From an uncultured Erysipelotrichaceae bacterium (GTDB lineage Bacteria > Bacillota_I > Bacilli_A > RFN20 > CAG-826): a stretch of DNA of 64,000 nt. Positions within the stretch are counted from its first letter, which is position 1; every line of letters starts with the position of its first letter. The notes under the pieces are model-generated. The model worked only from the letters and a program-made list of their open reading frames with translations. It made no database searches and had not been told where the DNA came from. Shown piece after piece: positions 55,416 to 64,000 of the stretch. The stretch spans positions 17,549 through 81,548 of the forward strand of contig CADCPN010000027.1 in NCBI GenBank assembly GCA_902803375.1. The letters are read 5' to 3'. The translations under genes were made by a program, and so were the position numbers.

Positions 55416-55775
55416 ATGGCTAGAGTCAAAGGTGGCACCGTTACCCGTGCCCGTCGTAAAAAGATCTTGAAGAAGGCTGAAGGCTACTTCGGAAGCAAAC
55501 ACCTCCTATTCAAGACCGCCAAAGAGCAGGTTTGCCACTCCCTCCGTTATGCCTACAATTCCCGTAGGCTTATCAAGAGAGATTATCGCAAGCTCTGGAT
55601 CAAGCGTATCAACGCTGCCTGCCGTCTTAACGGCATCTCCTACTCCGTTTTCATGAACGGCCTCAAGAAGAGTGGCATCGAAATCAACAGAAAGATGCTC
55701 TCCGAGATCGCCATCGCCGATCCGAAAGCCTTCACCGGCCTCGTCGAGACCGCCAAGAAGGCCCTTGCTAAGTAA
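55416..55775 (+). CDS. rplT: 50S ribosomal protein L20
   Basis: [26 protein letters not shown]. Confidence 0.96.
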   Translation: MARVKGGTVTRARRKKILKKAEGYFGSKHLLFKTAKEQVCHSLRYAYNSRRLIKRDYRKLWIKRINAACRLNGISYSVFMNGLKKSGIEINRKMLSEIAIADPKAFTGLVETAKKALAK

Positions 55776-55802
55776 TTAGCATCGTCTAGAAAAAGCGAGG
55801 TA

Positions 55803-55828
55803 CCCCTGATGAGAATTCAGGGGTTTTC
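55803..55828 (+). terminator. Intrinsic terminator after rplT
   Basis: CCCCTGA-loop-TCAGGGG followed by TTTT. Confidence 0.8.
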
Positions 55829-55944
55829 TTTATGCGTATGTATCTGTATAACAAAACTGCCAAATATCGGTCAACTCACCCTTTTTAAAACTAGTGTTTC
55901 CGTCTATATTTAGATACACGTATACCTTGTTTTTTTTAATTCTC

Positions 55945-56433
55945 ATGAATAAATCCACCGTCATCAACATCCGCCTAGAGGAAGACACCAAATCCTCGTT
56001 CCAGCAGCTGTGCTCCAGCAATGGTTTAACCATGTCTGAAGTCGTTTCGGCGTTCATGGAGGAATCTTCCTCCAAGGGAGAGATCCCCGCCAGGGTCAAG
56101 AAGCGTTGCCGCCACGCCGAAAAGAGGGCCCTTACCATCGCCAAAATCCGTAACCGCGTCGTCAAAGTCGTGCTTTCTTCCTATAAGAGCAAGATCGCCG
56201 AGGTCTCTTTGTTTGGTTCCTACTCTAGAGGTGAGGCCAAGCCCGATGACGATATCGACCTCTTCCTAAAGCCGCGCAGCAGCTTCTCTGCGCTGGACAT
56301 GATCCATTTGAATGCCGACCTAGAGAAGATCTTCAAGGTCAAGGTCAATATCGTCACCCGCGATGCCAGCAGCCCGGAATACCTCTTCTACGTCAATCGC
56401 GATAAGGTGCTCCTTTATAAGGCCGGAAGATAA
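55945..56433 (+). CDS. Fusion of a RelB/DinJ-type ribbon-helix-helix domain and a minimal (MNT/Pol-beta) nucleotidyltransferase domain
   Basis: The start is set at MNKSTVINIRLEEDTKSSFQQLCSSNGLTMSEVVSAFM (compare DinJ RIDEDLK..GLT.SD.VR). The C-terminal half has LFGSYSRGEAKPDDDIDLFL, the GS-x9/10-D-x-D NTase motif. Confidence 0.7.
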   Translation: MNKSTVINIRLEEDTKSSFQQLCSSNGLTMSEVVSAFMEESSSKGEIPARVKKRCRHAEKRALTIAKIRNRVVKVVLSSYKSKIAEVSLFGSYSRGEAKPDDDIDLFLKPRSSFSALDMIHLNADLEKIFKVKVNIVTRDASSPEYLFYVNRDKVLLYKAGR

Positions 56434-56530
56434 ATCGCCCCTTCTATTGCACTTGCCTCGCCTTTCCTTAGACGAGGTTTTTCTTTGCTTTGGGGGTAGC
56501 ATGCCCTTTTTCTTCCTTGTTGCTAAGAAT

Positions 56531-56565
56531 AGGAAAACCCGTCTGATCAATAGGCCAAACGGGTT
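56531..56565 (-). terminator. Intrinsic terminator after the C-S lyase gene
   Basis: On the minus strand: AACCCGTTTG-loop-CAGACGGGTT followed by TTTCCT. Confidence 0.7.
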
Positions 56566-56568
56566 AGA

Positions 56569-57714
56569 TCACTTATAGGATTCAATGCCTTTGCGAAGAC
56601 GTTTTAGCCCTTCTTCCATCGTTACCCTTGGGCAAGCAACGTTGATGCGGATATGGCCTTCGCCTCGATACTGCGCCCCATCGCTGACGAAGAGGCCAGC
56701 TTTCTCGAGAAGATAGCAGGAGAGCTTTCTAGAGTCTTTCTCAACGCTTGAGCAGTCCACCCAAAGCAAATACGTGGCGTCCATGCCTACGACTTGAAGC
56801 CCAGGGATGGAATTGATCTCCTTAATCGCGGCAATGCGGTTAGAGGCGATATATTCACGAAGAGCATCTAAATACTCATCGCCTTCCTTATACGCGGCCT
56901 CCATGGCCACAAGTGAGAAGGAATTCGGCTCCGCGCAATCATCGTAGCCGAGCTGCCTTTCCACCGCTTCGCGGATAAGCTGATTCTCGGAATAGAGGAA
57001 AGAGGTCTGGATGCCTGCGATATTGAAGGCCTTGGTTGGCGAATCGGCGAGGAGGGCGACCTCTTTTGCTCCTTTTACTTCAAAGAGCGAGTGATAGGGG
57101 TGGCTAGGAGCGGTAAGCTCGCCATGAATCTCGTCGGAGAAGATGACGACTCCGTTTTCCTTCGCTAAGGCAACTAACTTGGCAAGCTCTTCCTTTTCCC
57201 AGACCTTGCCAACGGGGTTATGGGGATTGCAGAGGATGAAAAGCCTGCTTCTTTTGAAGGCTTTCTCCAATGCAACGAAGTCGAAACGGTAGTCGTTTTC
57301 CTCTTCTAGCAAAGGAACATCCAGAACTTTTCTTCCCGTATGCTCAATGCAAGAGAAGAAACAGTTATAGATCGGGGAGCAGACGATGACCTCTTCCTCT
57401 ATGCTAGTAAGGGAAAGAAGGGTGGCGGTAAGCGAGGCAAGGACCCCGGTAGAGAAGAGCAGGTTCTCCTTCTTTAGGCTTAAGCCATGATTGCGGGAGA
57501 AGAAAGAAACGACGGCCTCTTTCCAGGCGTCGTTATCATTGACGTAGCCAAAAATAGGGAAGGCGGCGCGCTGCTTAATCGCTTCTTCGACGCTAGGGGC
57601 GGTAGGGAAATCCATATCGGCGATCCACATTGGGAGCACGTCTTTGCCCCTATAGTATTTGACGGCATCGCTGCCAACGCGACAAGGCGCGTTATCAAAA
57701 TAGCTTTTGTCCAT
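56569..57714 (-). CDS. PLP-dependent class I/II aminotransferase of the MalY/PatB C-S lyase type
   Basis: GSDAVKY..VLPMWIADMDF, LCNPHNPVG, SPTKAFNIAG (PLP Lys). The start is set at MDKSYF (57714). Confidence 0.85.
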   Translation of the reverse strand: MDKSYFDNAPCRVGSDAVKYYRGKDVLPMWIADMDFPTAPSVEEAIKQRAAFPIFGYVNDNDAWKEAVVSFFSRNHGLSLKKENLLFSTGVLASLTATLLSLTSIEEEVIVCSPIYNCFFSCIEHTGRKVLDVPLLEEENDYRFDFVALEKAFKRSRLFILCNPHNPVGKVWEKEELAKLVALAKENGVVIFSDEIHGELTAPSHPYHSLFEVKGAKEVALLADSPTKAFNIAGIQTSFLYSENQLIREAVERQLGYDDCAEPNSFSLVAMEAAYKEGDEYLDALREYIASNRIAAIKEINSIPGLQVVGMDATYLLWVDCSSVEKDSRKLSCYLLEKAGLFVSDGAQYRGEGHIRINVACPRVTMEEGLKRLRKGIESYK

Positions 57715-57740
57715 GATTGTCCTTCTCTTTTCCCTATATT

Positions 57741-58604
57741 CTACTTGCCTCCGGTTTCGATATTGCAATTAGAGCCAGGTCTAGCGTTCTCATCTAGGAT
57801 GAGCTCCTTGATGCCCTTGGCGAAGATATGGCCAGAAATCGGGTTCTTTACGGAGTCGATGACATCATTGACTTCGGCATCGATATTGGAGCAATACTCA
57901 AAGCTGAGGGTGGTGCCTTCTAACGAGCAATTGACCAATTTCACGTTATCCATGTAGCAGAATCCCTGGTTGGAGCGGACCTTGCAGTTGATAAGGGTGA
58001 TGTTGCGGGTATTCCAGGCGAAGTATTCGCCATCGATGGTAGAATCTTCGATAGTGACGTTCTCGCAGTTCCAGAAGGCGTCTTTGGTATTTAGGACGCA
58101 GTTTTTGACGCGGATGTTCTTGCCGCCATCAAAAGCATAGTTGCCATCGATGGTGACGGAATCTAGCGTCACGTCCTCGGCATCTTTAAGAACATAGTCG
58201 CCTTTGAAGGTGGTGTTTTGGATGAAGACTCTCTTGCAGGACCAAAAGGTCTCCTGCGCGTGCTCGAACTTGGAGTCGGTGATGGAGATGCCATCGCAGC
58301 GGCGGAATAGTTTGGGAGCGATGAAGTCGCAGCGCTGGAAAGAGGATTCGTTGGTATACCAAAGCCCGCTTCTAGCGGTCTCCAGGAAAGTGCAATCGTT
58401 CACCAAATGGCCTTTGCCATACCATAGCGGGTATTTCCAGCCGAAGGAGGTATGGGAGACCTTAAGCCTCTCGCTTTCCTTGAGCGGGGATTCCCCATCG
58501 TCAAAAAGGCAATTATCGATGCTGGCGTCAGAGACCCTGAAAAGCGCCCTTTCGCCAGTGTAGTGACCATTACAGTAGTTCTTCATCTTATTTTTCTCCG
58601 CCAT
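57741..58604 (-). CDS. DUF3737-type beta-helix repeat protein
   Basis: 287 aa of iterated (V/I)x(L/I)xNCx(F/L) turns, for example IDNCLF, VNDCTF, IQNTTF, VKNCVL, IEDSTI, LINCKV, LVNCSL. Confidence 0.65.
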   Translation of the reverse strand: MAEKNKMKNYCNGHYTGERALFRVSDASIDNCLFDDGESPLKESERLKVSHTSFGWKYPLWYGKGHLVNDCTFLETARSGLWYTNESSFQRCDFIAPKLFRRCDGISITDSKFEHAQETFWSCKRVFIQNTTFKGDYVLKDAEDVTLDSVTIDGNYAFDGGKNIRVKNCVLNTKDAFWNCENVTIEDSTIDGEYFAWNTRNITLINCKVRSNQGFCYMDNVKLVNCSLEGTTLSFEYCSNIDAEVNDVIDSVKNPISGHIFAKGIKELILDENARPGSNCNIETGGK

Positions 58605-58728
58605 CGCTCTATTTTTGCGGGTTCATTATAGATGGCCTGTCAAGGCGACCCTAGGGATTTGCTTCTTCTATAGAAGAAAAAGGCCTTATGGACTTGCCAA
58701 AAAGCCTTTATCGATTGCTTAGCTGCCC

Positions 58729-61332
58729 TTAGTTCAAAGAGGGGGCTGGAGGCGGCGGGGGAGGAAGGAAGGAAGCCTCATAGGTAAGCGCCCAGGTTCC
58801 ATCCTCTTGTAAGGAGAGATTAAGCTTGCCGCCGATAATCGAAGAGGAGATCGCGATCTTGCCATCGACATAGGCGAAAGCGATCTCGGTAGCGGCACTA
58901 GAGCCATTGACGTAGATCGCATAGGTAGTGACCTGCATGATCTCGTCAGTGACGCCTTTGATCTCGACGGAGTATTTCTCGTCGGCGGTCTTATAGACGC
59001 CAACCATTTTGGCGATATCGAAGCCCGCGACTTTGGATAGGGAGGCGGAGCCGAGCTTGAAGGCATCGCCTTCCTTCACAAGGGTCTTGCTGCCGTTACC
59101 GAGCGAGAAGCCATTTTCATCCTCGCTATAGGAAGAGATGGCCATAGAGGTGCCATTGACCGCGAGAGCGTAGTCATGGAGATAGACGAGGTTAGAGGAG
59201 CCATCGGCATAGAGGCCATAGGCATCATAGATGGCTTCCTTGACATAATAGGTGCCAAAGACCTGGAAGGCGCCGGGGTACTGATAGCCATAGACGACCG
59301 CCCCGCTGCCACCGGTTTTAGAAGGAACGGTCCAAGCAAGGGCGGCATGGGCCTTCCCGTCAATGGAGCTATAGGTGGAATCCAGGGTATAGGAGTATTC
59401 GACTTTGTCATAATGGTCGAAGCTGCCATCGGCCTTCTTGACGGGGGTGTCGGCCTTGAAGACGCCATTAGCGGCATCGATATAGAAGCCTTCCTTGCCA
59501 TTTTTGCCGTTAAGGAAGTAATTGCCGTTGAAGCCAAGATAGGCATCGTAGCCGATATAGGCGCCTAGGCTCTTTCCCTCAGGATTAAAGAGATAGAAGG
59601 AATGGGAATCGGGATAGACAAGGGCCTTGCCTAGACTAGAGATAATGAACATCTGGTAGTCGCCATTTCCATCTTTGGTGACGCCAAGGTCATAGCCGAC
59701 GCTAGATTTTCCATCGCTTAGCTTCTCCTCATCTAAGACGAGGTCAATTGCATGATGGGAGGTATAGGAATCGTAGAGGCTATTAACATCGGAAGATAGG
59801 AAATAAGGAACCGCCTGCTCGCCTTTGCTTAACGCGTAGATGGAGCCCGAAGAGACAACGTGGAAGGTATAGCCGGACTCGCCGAGGACATAAGAGACGG
59901 ACTTGTTGGAGATGTCATAGGAGAAATAGCCTTGCCCGGAGCCGAGATTAGAATCGGTAGAGGAATAGGTGAGGTCTTCGGCAATGCTTAGCCCCGTGAG
60001 CTTGTTATTTTGCCTTGCGGAATAGGATTCGACGAAATAGGAGGCGAAGAGATCGTTATTGAGGTAGACGTTTTCCTCACCCGCAATCTGCCCAATGACC
60101 GCGGTGCCAGAGATATAGGGGATGAAGGTAGCGGCTTTGCCATCAGCTTCGAAGCTGATGCCGAGGCGAAGCCCCGCGAGGGTCTTCTCCCAAGCGACGG
60201 CCTTGCCATTATATTTGACGCTTTCGCCATCGAAGGCAAAGGAGGTGAGCTGGTAGTCGAATTTGCCCCTTAACGGGAGAAGAGAATCATAAGGGAGGTA
60301 ATCGGACTCGCCGTTTTTGGCTAAGCGCAAGCCAAAGACGCCTGGCTGGGCATCATAGGAATCATTGCCGATGCTGAATTTGACGTGGAGGCCATCCTCT
60401 TCGATAGCCTTGGTGAAGCTGACGCCTTCATTGCCATTGAGGGAGATCTTGCCAGGAAGGGCATTGAAATCCTCGTCATAGCCTTCACTAGTTAAGGCAA
60501 AGCGAAGGTCCTCTTTGCTTTTAAGGTCATAATAGTCGCCCTGAAGGAAGCCGACGTCACTAGATAAAACGACGTTGGCTTTGCCTTCCTCATCGAACTG
60601 CACGATATCGACTTTGTCCTTGGAGAAGACAAACTGGCCATGTTCCATGATGGAGCCATCCTCGCCATCGATGAGGTAGATGCCGCTGACGACTTCCCCG
60701 CCTTTGACTTGCTTATAGGTCTGGGCGTAGTGGTTATAGGCGGCGAAAGTTGGACCGGAGAAGGTCACCTGGAAAAGGCCACTATCTTCGTCAAAGGTGT
60801 TATCGAAGGTATAGCCGCTAGAAGGGGAATCGATGTAGCCAGAGTACCCATAGCGGCCAGCGGCTTTCTTTATGATCGGTAGGAAGGCATCGCCTTTGCC
60901 GAGGTAGCCATGGACGGTCTTTTTCTCCATCACGAGGTATCCCGCGGATGGATCAAGATAAAAACGGTAGTTGTCGAAACCGTTTTTGGCAAGATATACC
61001 TGAACGGTTGTACTTTGCTCATTTGCGTCGGTGATGGTGGCGGTGGAGGCTTTGACTGGCTCTAGGTCTAGGGTCTTCCCTTCCTTTTCCAAATGCACGC
61101 CCTCTCCGTCGATATGGAGGCTGCCGTTATCGCCGATATAATCGCCAAAGACGCCAAGGACGTCTTTCTCGTCGATATTAACATGAGCAAGGCTAGAAGC
61201 TACGCTGCTTTCTTCCGAGGTAGCCGCTTCCGAAGAGCCCAGAGAGTTGGAGGAAGAGGCTCCGCCTTGGTGGCCGCAAGCGGCAAGAAGGGAGGCGGCA
61301 GCCAAAGCGAATATGATGTTTTTCTTTCTCAT
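58729..61332 (-). CDS. Large surface lipoprotein (867 aa) with a poly-Pro C-terminus
   Basis: MRKKNIIFALAAASLLAACGH (lipobox LAAC). It ends in FLPPPPPPAPSLN. No enzymatic motif recognised. Confidence 0.8.
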   Translation of the reverse strand: MRKKNIIFALAAASLLAACGHQGGASSSNSLGSSEAATSEESSVASSLAHVNIDEKDVLGVFGDYIGDNGSLHIDGEGVHLEKEGKTLDLEPVKASTATITDANEQSTTVQVYLAKNGFDNYRFYLDPSAGYLVMEKKTVHGYLGKGDAFLPIIKKAAGRYGYSGYIDSPSSGYTFDNTFDEDSGLFQVTFSGPTFAAYNHYAQTYKQVKGGEVVSGIYLIDGEDGSIMEHGQFVFSKDKVDIVQFDEEGKANVVLSSDVGFLQGDYYDLKSKEDLRFALTSEGYDEDFNALPGKISLNGNEGVSFTKAIEEDGLHVKFSIGNDSYDAQPGVFGLRLAKNGESDYLPYDSLLPLRGKFDYQLTSFAFDGESVKYNGKAVAWEKTLAGLRLGISFEADGKAATFIPYISGTAVIGQIAGEENVYLNNDLFASYFVESYSARQNNKLTGLSIAEDLTYSSTDSNLGSGQGYFSYDISNKSVSYVLGESGYTFHVVSSGSIYALSKGEQAVPYFLSSDVNSLYDSYTSHHAIDLVLDEEKLSDGKSSVGYDLGVTKDGNGDYQMFIISSLGKALVYPDSHSFYLFNPEGKSLGAYIGYDAYLGFNGNYFLNGKNGKEGFYIDAANGVFKADTPVKKADGSFDHYDKVEYSYTLDSTYSSIDGKAHAALAWTVPSKTGGSGAVVYGYQYPGAFQVFGTYYVKEAIYDAYGLYADGSSNLVYLHDYALAVNGTSMAISSYSEDENGFSLGNGSKTLVKEGDAFKLGSASLSKVAGFDIAKMVGVYKTADEKYSVEIKGVTDEIMQVTTYAIYVNGSSAATEIAFAYVDGKIAISSSIIGGKLNLSLQEDGTWALTYEASFLPPPPPPAPSLN

Positions 61333-61492
61333 TTGGTTTGGTTTCCTTTATTGAACACCAATAGTGTGCAAGAGAAAGAAAAATAGGCAATACCCTATTA
61401 TTGGTTTTGATGATTTTTCATCAATTGTCTCAATTATTTTAGCCTAAGCGGCGAAAGCCTTTCTTTGAAAGCGATGGACCATTTAGGAATGG

Positions 61493-61520
61493 AAAAAAGT
61501 CCACCCGCGCACGGATGGAC
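61493..61520 (-). terminator. Intrinsic terminator after thiI
   Basis: On the minus strand: GTCCATCC-GTGCGC-GGGTGGAC followed by TTTTTT. Confidence 0.8.
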
Positions 61521-61545
61521 GATATCTATATATAGGATAAGGGGC

Positions 61546-62778
61546 TTATTCGGCTTCTTTTGAAGCAATTTCCTCAGTAAGAGGCTCTCCTTTGGCCTTC
61601 GGGTATGATTCTTCCCCGTCAGCGATATAGATGGTGGAGACGTTATCGATGCACTCCGCAACCTGGCTCTGCCAATCCCACTTGGACTCGAAGAACTCGC
61701 ATTCCTTCAAAGAGGGCTTGGTCTTCGGCTTCTTGGGCTTAAAGATGGTGCAGCAATCCTCATAGGGGCGGATCGAGATGTCATAGGTGCCGATCTCGAC
61801 GGCCTTATTGATGATCCCGACTTTGTCGGAGACGGATAGCGGACGGATGATCGGCATATTGGTGACATCGTTGATGACATCCATCGATTCCAGGGTCTGG
61901 GAAGCAACCTGGCCGATGGATTCGCCGGTGGCGATGGCAAGGGATTTGTTCTTCTTGGCGACTCCGACGGCGATGCGCATCATCATGCGGCGCATGATCG
62001 TGATGCAATAGGGCTCATCGACGTACTTATAGATATTCTCCTGGAGCTTGGTGAAGGGGACGATCTGAAGCTTGATGTCCTCCTGGTAGTCATTGAGCAC
62101 CTTGAGGATATCCTTAAGCTTATCGATGACGGCCATCTGGGTATAAGGAGGCGAGGCGAAATGGAGGCATTCGACCTTGATGCCGCGGCGAATCAAAGCA
62201 TAGGCGGCGACAGGGGAATCGATGCCGCCAGAAAGAAGCATCGTGACCTTGCCATTCATCCCTAGCGGATACCCGCCGATGCCAAGGTAATCATGGCACC
62301 AGATGTAGGTATATTCCTCGCGGAGATTCACGTTCATGACGATGTCGGGGTTATGGACATCGACTTCTAACCCTAGCTTAGACTTCAAGACTTCCCCGCC
62401 AAGTTTGGCGGAAAGCTGCATGGAATCAAGCGGATAGGTCTTATCGACGCGGTGGGCCTTGATCTTGAAGGTGTGGCCGCTTTCTTGCTTAATTAGCTCA
62501 ATAACGGCAGCGGCGATCTCCTCGAAGTCCTTGCTGACTTTGGCAACGAGGGAAAGGCGCTGAATGCCGGAGACCTGCTGAAGCCTTTTGATGACTTCAT
62601 CCGCATCAGCGCCATTAAGCTCCACATAGATGTGGTCTCTTGCGCCTAAGGCATAGACGCCTTCAAACTTCTTTAGGGCGACTCTTACGTTATGGAGAAG
62701 CTGCGAAACGAAGAGGCGGCGGTTATTTCCTTTGGTCGAGAGCTCGCCAAAGTGGATCATGATCATGTCATAGGTCAT
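61546..62778 (-). CDS. thiI: tRNA 4-thiouridine synthase ThiI
   Basis: Has a THUMP N-terminus (IHFGELSTKGNNR) and a PP-loop LLSGGIDSPVAAY. It overlaps the desulfurase stop (ATGA type). Confidence 0.9.
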   Translation of the reverse strand: MTYDMIMIHFGELSTKGNNRRLFVSQLLHNVRVALKKFEGVYALGARDHIYVELNGADADEVIKRLQQVSGIQRLSLVAKVSKDFEEIAAAVIELIKQESGHTFKIKAHRVDKTYPLDSMQLSAKLGGEVLKSKLGLEVDVHNPDIVMNVNLREEYTYIWCHDYLGIGGYPLGMNGKVTMLLSGGIDSPVAAYALIRRGIKVECLHFASPPYTQMAVIDKLKDILKVLNDYQEDIKLQIVPFTKLQENIYKYVDEPYCITIMRRMMMRIAVGVAKKNKSLAIATGESIGQVASQTLESMDVINDVTNMPIIRPLSVSDKVGIINKAVEIGTYDISIRPYEDCCTIFKPKKPKTKPSLKECEFFESKWDWQSQVAECIDNVSTIYIADGEESYPKAKGEPLTEEIASKEAE

Positions 62779-63908
62779 CTGGGGTTAACCTCCTGCAATA
62801 GGGTTTTTAGGGTCGCAAGGAAGGTATCGATCTCTTCCTTGGTGGTGGTCGGGAGAATGGAGACCCTCATCGAATTGCCCGCGCGTTCCTTGCTATAGCC
62901 CATGGCAAGCAAGACATTGCTGACCGGCTCACCTTTGGAATTGCAGGCGGAGACGCTGCTTACGTAGATCTCCTTCTCGCTAAGCCCTTCGACGAGTACG
63001 CTTGCCTTATGGAGGGCAAAGGAGAAGTTTAGGACGTAAGGAGAAGAGTTTTCGGGAGAGTTGAATTCAATCTCGGCGATAGAGGATAGACCATCGCGGA
63101 GGTAGCAGACAAGCTCTTTGACCTTTTCGGAATTGGAATCGAGGTTTTCGATGTGGCTTTTCAGCACTTCCGCCATCGCGGCGTTGCCAGCGACGTTGAC
63201 GGTGCCCCCGCGGTAGCCGAATTCCTGCTCGCCGCCTGAAAGCAAGGGCAAGAACTGGATGGACTTCCTAAAGGTGAGAAAGCCAGTGCCCTTGAAGCCG
63301 CCGAACTTATGGGCGGAGCAAGAAAGCATATCGGCGCAGCCATAATCGAATTTGACCTTGCCGATAGCCTGGGTGGCATCGACATGGAAATAGGCTTTGG
63401 GGAACTTATGGACAATGCCGGCAAGGGCCTTAGTCGGGAAAATGGCCCCCGTTTCGTTATTGACGGCCATCATCGAGACGAGGATGACGTTCTTATCCAT
63501 CGCCGAGGCCAAAGTCTGCGGCAGTACATAGCCATCCTTGCAGACGGGAAGCACGAGGACTTCGAAGCCGAATTCGTCGCGAAGCTCATAGAAGGCATTC
63601 AAGACAGAGGCGTGCTCCACCGCGGAAGTAATGATCTTCCTGCCCCTATTTTTGTATTGGAAGGCGATGGACTTGATGGCCATGTTATTGGCCTCGGTGG
63701 CGCCGCTAGTGAAAATAAGGGAATGGGTCTTCTCGATTTTCAAGGCGCGGAGGATATCCTGCCTTGCCTTCTCATCGATGCGTTTGGCCGCAAAGCCAAA
63801 GCCATGGGTGCTATTGGGGTTGCCGAAAGCTTCCGCGTTGACCACGCTAAAAACTTCAATGGCCCTGCCTTCGGGGCGAGAGCTGGCGGCATTATCGAAA
63901 TAAATCAT
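62775..63908 (-). CDS. Cysteine desulfurase (NifS/NifZ/IscS class V aminotransferase)
   Basis: SGATEANN, SAHKFGGFKGTG (PLP Lys), and the active-site loop SSVSACNS. It is paired with thiI as in Bacillus nifZ-thiI. Confidence 0.9.
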   Translation of the reverse strand: MIYFDNAASSRPEGRAIEVFSVVNAEAFGNPNSTHGFGFAAKRIDEKARQDILRALKIEKTHSLIFTSGATEANNMAIKSIAFQYKNRGRKIITSAVEHASVLNAFYELRDEFGFEVLVLPVCKDGYVLPQTLASAMDKNVILVSMMAVNNETGAIFPTKALAGIVHKFPKAYFHVDATQAIGKVKFDYGCADMLSCSAHKFGGFKGTGFLTFRKSIQFLPLLSGGEQEFGYRGGTVNVAGNAAMAEVLKSHIENLDSNSEKVKELVCYLRDGLSSIAEIEFNSPENSSPYVLNFSFALHKASVLVEGLSEKEIYVSSVSACNSKGEPVSNVLLAMGYSKERAGNSMRVSILPTTTKEEIDTFLATLKTLLQEVNPR

Positions 63909-63910
63909 TT

Positions 63911-64000
63911 TCAGTCTGTTCCTCTTAATCGCTTAATCGCGGAGGTGGTATCTGCGTAGGAGGCTTGGAAGTCGCCTCGATAATAGAGGGATTCGGTCTG
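63911..64000 (-). CDS. Possible 3' end of an upstream gene (29 codons visible)
   Basis: The open frame ...QTESLYYRGDFQASYADTTSAIKRLRGTD ends in TGA 2 nt before the desulfurase ATG. It is too short to identify. Confidence 0.3.
   Translation of the reverse strand, partial: QTESLYYRGDFQASYADTTSAIKRLRGTD

Noticed and set aside
1-64000. CRISPR arrays, IS elements or transposases, integrases, prophage genes, tRNA or rRNA genes.
   Set aside because: Reading both strands, I found no repeat-spacer periodicity, no DDE/serine/tyrosine recombinase-like ORF and no tRNA-like or rRNA-like segment. This absence is by eye only and should be confirmed with tRNAscan, Infernal and CRISPR finders.

Overview
The window is a 64 kb chromosomal segment with a Bacillota/Mollicutes-type backbone. 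All long conserved ORFs are open in the standard genetic code, and TGA is used as a stop. Codon third positions are strongly G/C-biased, which produces many spurious antisense ORFs. The housekeeping genes follow the Bacillus-like order dnaE, polA, mutM/coaE, dnaB-dnaI, thrS, then infC-rpmI-rplT. Also present are pfkA-pyk, ackA, nrnA, glgB, glgP, ogt, and thiI with a cysteine desulfurase. The accessory content is as follows. (1) About 14 kb (33.4-47.6 kb) is a surface-glycan island. It holds a CDP-3,6-dideoxyhexose cassette (rfbF/G/H), an acetolactate-synthase-like ThDP enzyme, an SDR and a flippase. I read this cassette as a yersiniose-type branched-sugar pathway. It is followed by a GtrB-like GT2, a polytopic membrane protein, a HAD phosphatase, a repeat-containing lipoprotein and a GH43 enzyme. 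(2) A tandem pair of 7TMR-DISM sensors precedes a REC-wHTH regulator; the first sensor has lost its phospho-acceptor His and ATP-binding boxes. (3) An AT-richer four-gene membrane module sits between glgB and glgP and includes two translationally coupled small ORFs that are missing from the ORF track. (4) Other items are a DinJ/RelB-nucleotidyltransferase fusion, a Fic-fold protein with a degenerate motif, a Fpg-CoaE fusion, a DnaA-box cluster, a Thr T-box, an infC leader and several large lipoproteins. I saw no rRNA, tRNA, CRISPR array, transposase or prophage genes. All functional calls rest on motif recognition by eye; no database search was run.
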